Made by a program: the position numbers and the translations under genes
Origin: a virus
Lineage: Duplodnaviria > Caudoviricetes
Length of the DNA stretch: 45,651 bases
Direction: 5' to 3' (one strand)
IMG/VR virus record: IMGVR_UViG_3300020183_003709
Location: 1 to 45,651 of that record
Shown: positions 38,532 through 45,651 of the stretch, piece by piece
Position numbering within the stretch: the stretch's first letter is position 1
How the letters are laid out: each line of letters begins with the position of its first letter
Notes under the pieces: generated by a model
What the model was told of the DNA's origin: nothing
The model's database searches: none
What the model saw: only the letters and a program-made list of their open reading frames with translations

Positions 38532-39955
38532 ATCATCTTTGTATTAATGAACATGGTGTTCGGATATTTATTTTCATCAATTTCTAACACATTTGTTACG
38601 TCCAAAATTTTATTAAAACCCTCTTCTTTGTAATTTATTTTTTTTTGTTGCATTTCTGTAACGAATCTTTTTTCATTTTTTGCGGTCGTTTCCCCCTTTA
38701 CCCATTGTCCATTTACATAACCTTCATCAGCATGAAACAAACAATCAAATACACCTTCTCTTCGATGAGGTAATATGTTTTCAATTATATGAATATCTTC
38801 TTGTGTGTATTCAACATCATGACTATCACAACCTAAATTTTTAATTAATTCAGTTTGTCCTTTAGTAAATTCATAATGTAATTTCAAATTTACATTTTCG
38901 TTTTCATCGAAAATACAATCGACATTTTCAAAAAATTTATTATAAATTTTAATCTCAGAAATTTGTCCTTTGAAATAAACTTTTTGATTATTACAGAAAC
39001 CAAACAAAAATACTTTCAGAGGATCATGTTTTTTTAAATCACCATCAATATGAAACGGTGCATTAGCTTTTATATCATTTAAATTCGTAATCAATTCGTC
39101 GTTAATAAAAAGATATTGTTTTTTTGTATTCATATTATATGACATAGTAACCCAAGTCCAAAGTTTTTCAAACCTTTTTGCCCAATTGTAATAACAAACG
39201 TTGTTATTATCATAGCAAACAGATGTTACTGATCTCGAGTTATTAAAAGATAAACCCCATGTCCAAGAACCATCTTTTCTTATTAGTGGGTATTCAATAA
39301 ATCTTCTATTTTTATCTCCAACAAGCCATATAGGAACTTTATTTTGTTGTTGCTCCGCCTTAAACAAAATAGAAATTGTGTGGTCTTCATTTAATGATTT
39401 ACTAATTTCTCTATCAGTTTCTGATGCAAAAACTGAACTATTACCATTAAAATTAGCAACTACTCTGTTTTTATAACTTTTATAAATTTTACCAGATGTA
39501 TATCCTTCATAATAACATCTCCAAAACAAGTCGTCATCTTCTTGTCCCCAATCCCAATAGTCGTTTGAATAACCGTTTGTATTTTCAACTTGTTCTTTTG
39601 TAAAAAGCACCACTCCCCCAAAATATTGATCGTAACCTAATCCATAATTATATTTTGATAACATGGTTGCGATATGTATAGGATTTTTTTTCGGATAAGA
39701 ATAATCACAAGAATTATCGTGTGGTATCATATCGACATCGTGCCATGCAATATAATCACATCCATCATGAAACGCATAATAAGCCGAAATATTTTTCATT
39801 GCACCCCTATTAAATAACTTATCGTCGACTTGATGGCCCACGTAAAATTTATGTGGAATACATTTTTCGTTTAAATAGTTTGTTAACTTTGGTATTAGTT
39901 CTTCTATGTGTTCCTTTCTATTCCGATATGGTATGCAAATCCCTAATTTTTTCAT
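38528..39955 (-). CDS. GT7 (beta-1,4-galactosyltransferase-like) with inserted LamG-like domain
   Basis: IPYRNR, FNRG, HDVD, YFGGV, NGYSNDYWDWGQEDDD; insert FNGNSS...FKGQISEIKIYN. Confidence 0.85.
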   Translation of the reverse strand: MKKLGICIPYRNRKEHIEELIPKLTNYLNEKCIPHKFYVGHQVDDKLFNRGAMKNISAYYAFHDGCDYIAWHDVDMIPHDNSCDYSYPKKNPIHIATMLSKYNYGLGYDQYFGGVVLFTKEQVENTNGYSNDYWDWGQEDDDLFWRCYYEGYTSGKIYKSYKNRVVANFNGNSSVFASETDREISKSLNEDHTISILFKAEQQQNKVPIWLVGDKNRRFIEYPLIRKDGSWTWGLSFNNSRSVTSVCYDNNNVCYYNWAKRFEKLWTWVTMSYNMNTKKQYLFINDELITNLNDIKANAPFHIDGDLKKHDPLKVFLFGFCNNQKVYFKGQISEIKIYNKFFENVDCIFDENENVNLKLHYEFTKGQTELIKNLGCDSHDVEYTQEDIHIIENILPHRREGVFDCLFHADEGYVNGQWVKGETTAKNEKRFVTEMQQKKINYKEEGFNKILDVTNVLEIDENKYPNTMFINTKMI

Positions 39956-41373
39956 ATACCAACAACAATGTGATTTTCGTTTTTATTTTTTGCGTACGAA
40001 TGTTCAACATATTGACAATCATTTAGACCATCTTTTTTAAAATCTGTAGAGCCTTTCAGAGTCTCATTATAAAATCTTAATTGATTGTATCTGGTCAATT
40101 TAGTTTTCCAGCCATTTAAAACATATCCATTTTCCTCATGTGGAATCAATCTAAATGTTGATTTTCTTCTATATGGTATTTCTATTTCAATAGTATTTTC
40201 AAATGATTCACCTACAATTTCACAATTGTGTATTTCACCGTCATTACCATTCCCACTTAAATCAATTAATTTATAACCTTTAATAAATTTTGCGTCATAA
40301 TATAATATAACTCTATGATCTGATTTATAGTTTCCGAAGTTTTGTGTTAATCCGAAATACTTATTATCCGAAATTTCTTTGATTTCGTCATCATTTAAAA
40401 TATCAGAAAAAACCGCAAAGTTAGATATGGTTCCCTTAAAGAATTTTTGATTGTTTTTTCTATTAGGGTTACTACATCCTAAATAAAATTTTTTATCCTT
40501 AGTATAATAATCTCTTAATTTTTTTATTTTTTTACTATCCACTAATATACCATCTTGATACATCTTTATTTCTTTTTCATATGTGTCAACAGTTAAAGTG
40601 ATATTAGTTTTATAATTTGTTGTTATATTAGATTCTAAATGAATAATATTATCACCAATATCAAATATTTGAACCACGTATCTTGAATATGAATTAAATC
40701 CGATTAAAAAATCATAACCAGGTACACCAAAAGATGCAAACATATCTTCATCTTTATCATGATCTAATGTTAAATCATCAGGATTAAAACTAATAAAAAT
40801 TGTATTTTTATATTTGAAATCGAATATGTTGTTTCCCTCAACATAAGCATCTATGCCATTAAATCTTAAAGACACTCCGTTACCACCTTTTAAATTAATT
40901 TCTTTTGTGTCTAATGGGATTTTAGACACTCTACATCTATGTAAAAGTTCGGTGTCTTCATAACCCCATCCCCAATATTTGTTTGAGTAACCATTTACAA
41001 GTTCGAACATTTCGGTTGGAAAAAGTGTAACTCCTCCAAAATATTCATCAAATACTATTCTTTTAAATTTATCTGTTGTTATGAAATCAGTTGCCATGTG
41101 TAATGGTATATCATAATATGAATAATCAACATCATATGGTAACATGTCAACATCGTGAAAAATAACGTAGTCACATTTTAACTTTTTGGCATATAAAAAA
41201 CCAATATTCAATAGTTTTCCTCTATTGAAAGATAACCCGTTATCTTGTTCAATTATAATTACTTCATAGTCAATATCAAATTTTGATAACCAATTTTTTA
41301 ATGATTTTTTAAATCGAACAAGTTGTTTATAACGGTCTCTGTATGGTATAATTATACCAAGTTTATGACTCAT
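39952..41373 (-). CDS. GT7 (beta-1,4-galactosyltransferase-like) with inserted LamG-like domain
   Basis: IPYRDR, FNRGKLLN, HDVD, YWGWGYED; insert LRFNGIDAYV...FFKGTISNFAVFS...DLSGNGNDG; terminal DGLN. Confidence 0.88.
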   Translation of the reverse strand: MSHKLGIIIPYRDRYKQLVRFKKSLKNWLSKFDIDYEVIIIEQDNGLSFNRGKLLNIGFLYAKKLKCDYVIFHDVDMLPYDVDYSYYDIPLHMATDFITTDKFKRIVFDEYFGGVTLFPTEMFELVNGYSNKYWGWGYEDTELLHRCRVSKIPLDTKEINLKGGNGVSLRFNGIDAYVEGNNIFDFKYKNTIFISFNPDDLTLDHDKDEDMFASFGVPGYDFLIGFNSYSRYVVQIFDIGDNIIHLESNITTNYKTNITLTVDTYEKEIKMYQDGILVDSKKIKKLRDYYTKDKKFYLGCSNPNRKNNQKFFKGTISNFAVFSDILNDDEIKEISDNKYFGLTQNFGNYKSDHRVILYYDAKFIKGYKLIDLSGNGNDGEIHNCEIVGESFENTIEIEIPYRRKSTFRLIPHEENGYVLNGWKTKLTRYNQLRFYNETLKGSTDFKKDGLNDCQYVEHSYAKNKNENHIVVGI

Positions 41374-41615
41374 TATTTTTTAGTATTTTTCCTAGTTGTC
41401 ATTTGGTCATCTTCACCCACATTTTTAACCATTTTATTGTGGAATTCAGCCAAATAAAATTGAATTCTGCTACTCCATTCATCCTTATCAATTTCTTCGA
41501 ACCACACAGTAAGTGCGTCTAATGAATTTGCGATTTTTTCGAGTGCTTTAACTTTTCTTTGTTCAACAATCAACAATTCTTCATCTGTCTGATTGGTTTT
41601 TTTAATTTGTGTCAT
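41373..41615 (-). CDS. Hypothetical small helical protein
   Basis: In-operon ORF overlapping both neighbours; no motif recognised. Confidence 0.7.
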   Translation of the reverse strand: MTQIKKTNQTDEELLIVEQRKVKALEKIANSLDALTVWFEEIDKDEWSSRIQFYLAEFHNKMVKNVGEDDQMTTRKNTKK

Positions 41616-42463
41616 ATTGATTTTATTTTATTAATCAAATTATTCCATATAGAGTACTCCCCATAATTACCTAATATACAATTTTTTTCAAATAAAAACA
41701 AGGGGTCGTCTATATTAATACGAAACTTATTTTTTCTTAAAGAATTGTACATAATTCCGTACTCATTTGAATAGGAATACTCTTGATTATTATCTGCGAC
41801 TGATTTAATTCTCTCTATCGATGTGGAATCCCATTTAAAATGGTGAACTTGAACGTGGTCTTTAGGATTAATTAATGGGTGATTCCATCCCTGCCATTTC
41901 CAAGTTGTTTGATTATCTATTTTTGCATAATGTTGCCCAGATGTAATTTCAACATACCCCTTCATAACACACACCTTATTTGGATTAGCATTACTTAAAG
42001 GATACCTAAAAAAACCTGCATTCGGATATTGTGAGAATATATCTTCATCTGTATTTAATACTGAAAATTCTCCATTCGGTCCAATCCTATCTATAAAACC
42101 TCCTCTTACTATATCCCACCCATTGTTCTCACAATTATTTATGAGTTTTGTAAGATTATCATTTGGATATAAATGAAACTCATCAATATCAGCAATTACC
42201 CACCAATCATTAGGTTGTTTATTTGTGATAAAATTATATAACTTTGTTACCCTTTCCCAATCAAATATCCTATCATAATGTGTCCTAATTACTTTTACAT
42301 TATGAAATTTTCTAATAATATCTTTAATTTCATCAGAAAGTTTTGGTCTTTCATTTGTATTGTAAACTATATAATTAATTTCATCAACATATTTCAAGTA
42401 GTGTCTAATGTGATGGGTTACTAAATTGGTTCCGTGTCCTATCACAGTAAGTAATCTTATCAT
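41612..42463 (-). CDS. GT2-like glycosyltransferase (Glyco_tranf_2_4/GT92-like)
   Basis: HIRHY, WWVIADIDEF, GQH, VHHFKW. Confidence 0.75.
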   Translation of the reverse strand: MIRLLTVIGHGTNLVTHHIRHYLKYVDEINYIVYNTNERPKLSDEIKDIIRKFHNVKVIRTHYDRIFDWERVTKLYNFITNKQPNDWWVIADIDEFHLYPNDNLTKLINNCENNGWDIVRGGFIDRIGPNGEFSVLNTDEDIFSQYPNAGFFRYPLSNANPNKVCVMKGYVEITSGQHYAKIDNQTTWKWQGWNHPLINPKDHVQVHHFKWDSTSIERIKSVADNNQEYSYSNEYGIMYNSLRKNKFRINIDDPLFLFEKNCILGNYGEYSIWNNLINKIKSI

Positions 42464-43200
42464 TTTTTTCGATTTATCAACGTAACACCGCTTGAGGTTG
42501 GGATTGTTGAAAATTTACGAAAATTAAAAAGATTAATCAAGTTCCAATTTGGATTTTCTTGTAATTCTTTAATAAGTTTTGATGGTCCTTTGAAACTATC
42601 GTGATTTTTTTTATTATCCTCTGAAATTATTAATGTTTCTTCATAATCATCATCTGTATCGTGTATAACTATTATACCATTAACTGTAAGTAATTTAGAG
42701 TATAGTTCAAAATCTGTTTTGACTCCCTCATATGAATGATCACCATCTATAAACAATAAATCAATTTTAATATCTTGTCTAACAAAAAAATCATGGTAAG
42801 CATCTACTGATTTTGCTTTTATAAATCTAGGATAATAATTACCTCTAAAAAATGAATTTTCGTCTTCAAGAATTGTTGGTCCGCCTATACCATTACAAGC
42901 GTCAACCAAATAAGTGGTGCCTATATCACCCCAATTATAGTCGGGATTACCCTCAAATATTTTTTGTTTATGTAAGTCAATTCTTGCCTGAGTCATAATT
43001 CTTGGAATGTAACCACCGCCAGAACCAATACAAACACACGTCTTTGACCTCATATGTTGAATCAAGGAATATATCAATAATCCGTCACCCATGTGAAATT
43101 TAGTACCTCCGTGTGTCCACAAATAAGGCACAGGTTCACCATTGTCTGTGGTTATATTATTCTCGATAAATTCTTGATTTAAAATTGTTTTCTCATACAT
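42460..43200 (-). CDS. Class I SAM-dependent methyltransferase (Methyltransf_24-like)
   Basis: CIGSGGG, IDLLFIDGDHSYEGV..DF, GIIVIHD. Confidence 0.88.
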   Translation of the reverse strand: MYEKTILNQEFIENNITTDNGEPVPYLWTHGGTKFHMGDGLLIYSLIQHMRSKTCVCIGSGGGYIPRIMTQARIDLHKQKIFEGNPDYNWGDIGTTYLVDACNGIGGPTILEDENSFFRGNYYPRFIKAKSVDAYHDFFVRQDIKIDLLFIDGDHSYEGVKTDFELYSKLLTVNGIIVIHDTDDDYEETLIISEDNKKNHDSFKGPSKLIKELQENPNWNLINLFNFRKFSTIPTSSGVTLINRKK

Positions 43201-43244
43201 AACTTATTTAATATTTGAATTTTTATAAAGTAATTAACCTGATT

Positions 43245-43889
43245 TTATTTGTTTACACCATACGCATAAAGTCCCATGTGTTTTATTTCAGAACTTAATA
43301 GTGTATCGATATATACTTCGTAACCGACATCTCTAAATTTAGTCATTAAATTAAAATCCTCACCTAACCAATCATCAGACTTTTCATTATATCTAAATTC
43401 AAAATATGGTTTTTTTATTTTTTTAAAAATTTCAGTCTTCATCAAAATACATCCCATACCAACACCCTCTACTTTTATTAATTTATCTTCTACAATTAAT
43501 GGTAGGTAACTATCCCAATCACCAATATTTTTATACGCCACAGGTTTTAATGGTTTAGTTCTTTTAAGATAATTACATCCCACAATATCTTTATTGTGTT
43601 TCAATAATCTGAGTGCTGATGTTGATGGAAATACCATATCACTATCTAACCATAGAACGTAATCCGAATCTATTGCCTTAGCTTCTTCAATTAATTTTTC
43701 TCTTTGATTTAATAATATACTACTTGAGTCGAAAAAGAGATATGTGTCAATTACCTCACTTGTTGTTTTATATAATTGTGATAAACTGAATGCGAAATGT
43801 GTGTGAACCATTTCTTTTGTGGGCACAAGAATTGAAAGTTTTATATTTCTACCATCCCATAGTGATCCACTATACATATTTTTTCTCAT
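43245..43889 (-). CDS. GT-A glycosyltransferase (GT2-like)
   Basis: VLWLDSDM, DIVG, GMGCIL, GEDFN, IKHMG. Confidence 0.8.
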   Translation of the reverse strand: MRKNMYSGSLWDGRNIKLSILVPTKEMVHTHFAFSLSQLYKTTSEVIDTYLFFDSSSILLNQREKLIEEAKAIDSDYVLWLDSDMVFPSTSALRLLKHNKDIVGCNYLKRTKPLKPVAYKNIGDWDSYLPLIVEDKLIKVEGVGMGCILMKTEIFKKIKKPYFEFRYNEKSDDWLGEDFNLMTKFRDVGYEVYIDTLLSSEIKHMGLYAYGVNK

Positions 43890-44332
43890 AATCCTGGTGT
43901 ATTGTTAGATACCGTGTCTTCTTGATTTGTCAAATTTTTTGCTAAGGAAATTAACTCCTGAATTCTTTTTGAGAATAGTTGATAGTCCTTAATCGGTAAA
44001 TGACTTATTATTGAATAAGTTTCTTTAGAAAATGTATTAGTTGTAACGATTTCGATGGCACCGATTCTAGCCCATTTTTCAATTATAGATAATCTTGAAA
44101 TGTTTTCATCATTATCTAAAATACCTCTAATTGTTTTTTGATTGAAACTATTAATTAGTTCAATCAAAATTTCATATTCTTCTTTACAATTTTTCGAAAA
44201 AAAAGATAATATTTTTAATTTCTTTATTCTCTTTATTAATTGAATGAGTTTATCTTTATCATGGTCAATATTTGACCATTTTATATAGAACAAATCATAT
44301 TTAGATGGAAATGGTTTATAACTCAAATTCAT
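43886..44332 (-). CDS. Hypothetical protein
   Basis: In-operon ORF with ATGA overlap; no motif recognised. Confidence 0.7.
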   Translation of the reverse strand: MNLSYKPFPSKYDLFYIKWSNIDHDKDKLIQLIKRIKKLKILSFFSKNCKEEYEILIELINSFNQKTIRGILDNDENISRLSIIEKWARIGAIEIVTTNTFSKETYSIISHLPIKDYQLFSKRIQELISLAKNLTNQEDTVSNNTPGL

Positions 44333-44338
44333 TGAGTT

Positions 44339-44367
44339 AATATAATAAAAAAAATTGAAATTGTAAA
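44339..44367 (-). promoter_or_regulatory. Putative sigma70-like leaderless promoter at the head of the glycan gene block
   Basis: TTTACA-N17-TATATT, 6 nt before ATG at 44332. Confidence 0.55.
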
Positions 44368-44371
44368 TAAG

Positions 44372-44605
44372 TTAACTATACGCCTGTGGTGTATCCAATC
44401 CTCCAAAATCTGACGACTCTTGTGTTTGTGAACCTGATGTTATACTTGAGATAACAGTAGAAGCTCGGTTTCTACCGACACCCAAACTAGAGTTTAAACC
44501 AATATTTTGACCGGCGGCGGCGTTAGCTGAGCCCGTAATTAGACCTAAAGCCGCCGCGACTTTACCTATACTTATTTCTGAACCGGTTGCAGGAATTACA
44601 CCCAT
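44372..44605 (-). CDS. Small Gly/Ser/Ala-rich protein, probably virion/fibre-associated
   Basis: MGVIPATGSEISIG...SSDFGG resembles the P.SG.IS...SDF.G pattern of small phage fibre-tip proteins; directly after the tail fibre. Confidence 0.55.
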   Translation of the reverse strand: MGVIPATGSEISIGKVAAALGLITGSANAAAGQNIGLNSSLGVGRNRASTVISSITSGSQTQESSDFGGLDTPQAYS

Positions 44606-44688
44606 TATTATAAACTAGTTTTTATATAAATACTTATGTTTTCAGTTTTATTTTGATAATATATCTGAAATTAATTTATAAATGAATA

Positions 44689-45651
44689 TTAAAGATTGTG
44701 TTTTTTCATTACGTTTTCTAAATCTTCAATTCTCTTTAATAATTCTTTATTTGTTTCAATTAATAATGCTACTATTTTATCATACTTAACCGCCTTATAA
44801 CCATTTTCTCTTGTTGTGACTATTTCAGGTAATACCCTTTCAATTTCTTGTGCTATTACACCAATATCATGTCCCTCATTTTCATGTACCCCATCAATAG
44901 GTAACCAATCAAAATAATATCCATTAATTTTAGATAATATATCTAATGAACCTGTAATTGGTTCAATATTGGTTTTTAGCCTTTCGTCCGAGCCAAAAAA
45001 TGCAATCACATCATTTGTTGCTCTTATTAGACCTACTGTTGTTGGGGTTGCGGTCCCCACGCCTAATGCACCTGTAACATGTGTGGTAGCAGACTGAAGA
45101 GCAATTGTACCTGATAAGTTTGTTAACGTAAATGTTTCATTAGGACTTATAATTTGTGTATTTGTTCCGTGTGCAACTAATTCAATATAATCTCTATCAT
45201 CTGATGTAAAATGTGGGCCAACTCTTAAAACTGCGTTTGAACCTGCAATATGAACAAGTCCACTTGCAACCGAACCAGTTGGGGAAGATGTAAAAATGCC
45301 AATGTTTGTTCCATTATCAAGTATTTGTGTATTTCCAATTGTGGTTGCACTAGTGAATTTAACCACTGTGTTATTGGTTCCTGAAACTGAAACTGATGTT
45401 CCTGATGAACCACTACTTCCACTTGATCCAGAGCTACCCGAACTACCAGATGACCCTGAGGTTCCACTTACACCTGAACTACCGGAAGAACCTGATGAAC
45501 CACTAGTACCGCTTGACCCACTACTTCCACTTGTACCCGCTGTTCCTGACGATCCAGAAGTCCCTGAAGTTCCGCTACTTCCTGAAGTACCACTACTCCC
45601 ACTACTACCACTACTTCCACTTGTTCCACTACTTCCACTTGAACCACTACT
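44689..45651 (-). CDS. Tail fibre protein with Gly-Ser/Thr repeat and C-terminal Peptidase_S74 intramolecular chaperone (5' end outside window)
   Basis: Frame open from 45651; SDERLKTNI, GVIAQEIERVLPEIV, KAVKYDKIVALLIE..KEL coiled coil. Confidence 0.9.
   Translation of the reverse strand, partial: SSGSSGSSGTSGSSGSSGSSGTSGSSGTSGTSGSSGTAGTSGSSGSSGTSGSSGSSGSSGVSGTSGSSGSSGSSGSSGSSGSSGTSVSVSGTNNTVVKFTSATTIGNTQILDNGTNIGIFTSSPTGSVASGLVHIAGSNAVLRVGPHFTSDDRDYIELVAHGTNTQIISPNETFTLTNLSGTIALQSATTHVTGALGVGTATPTTVGLIRATNDVIAFFGSDERLKTNIEPITGSLDILSKINGYYFDWLPIDGVHENEGHDIGVIAQEIERVLPEIVTTRENGYKAVKYDKIVALLIETNKELLKRIEDLENVMKKHNL
45394..45651 (-). repeat. Coding 9-bp-period repeat encoding (G-S/T-S)n, about 28 triplets in window
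   Basis: SSGSSGSSGTSGSSG...; Gly at every third codon, synonymous codons varied. Confidence 0.92.

Noticed and set aside
730-40276. All short plus-strand ORFs in the track
   Set aside because: Each lies antisense within motif-bearing minus-strand genes and has no recognisable motif; shadow ORFs
45225-45467. 80-aa minus-strand ORF
   Set aside because: Alternate frame of the tail-fibre repeat
45394-45651. Possible CRISPR or non-coding tandem array
   Set aside because: 9-bp periodicity is explained by codons in an open frame; no repeat-spacer structure
1-45651. Stop-codon reassignment, tRNA/rRNA genes, transposases
   Set aside because: Genes tile densely under the standard code with TAA, TGA and TAG stops; no gap or motif supporting RNA genes or IS elements was seen

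Overview
The window is very AT-rich and gene-dense, and essentially every real gene is on the minus strand with ATGA/TAATG overlaps and no obvious Shine-Dalgarno sites. It is most consistent with a large tailed-phage genome (inference; host possibly Bacteroidota-like). In transcription order (right to left) it starts with a tail-fibre gene carrying a Gly-Ser/Thr-Ser repeat and a Peptidase_S74 chaperone. About 34 kb of glycan-building and tailoring genes follow: GT2/GT7/GT11-like/GT25 enzymes, LamG-fused GT7s and twitch radical SAMs, Gmd, a ColD-like dehydratase, two Fcl-like reductases, a GME-like epimerase, RmlC, split ThDP E1 alpha/beta, an amidinotransferase, a carbamoyltransferase, a methyltransferase and SGNH-like proteins. 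Next come a PAPS-supply trio and a ~9 kb block of 2OG-Fe(II) oxygenases, sulfotransferases, a flavin-dependent halogenase and a radical SAM. Best candidate for an undescribed system: 2752..4242 encodes a circularly permuted ATP-grasp-like domain fused to a Hint domain that looks cleavage-only and ends in HN, followed by a 27-aa six-Cys peptide rich in Trp/Tyr/Pro. It resembles a self-releasing RiPP-like precursor. Ten unrelated neighbouring proteins share a C-terminal K-[ST]-L-I-like tail. All family calls come from motif recognition by eye; no searches were run.
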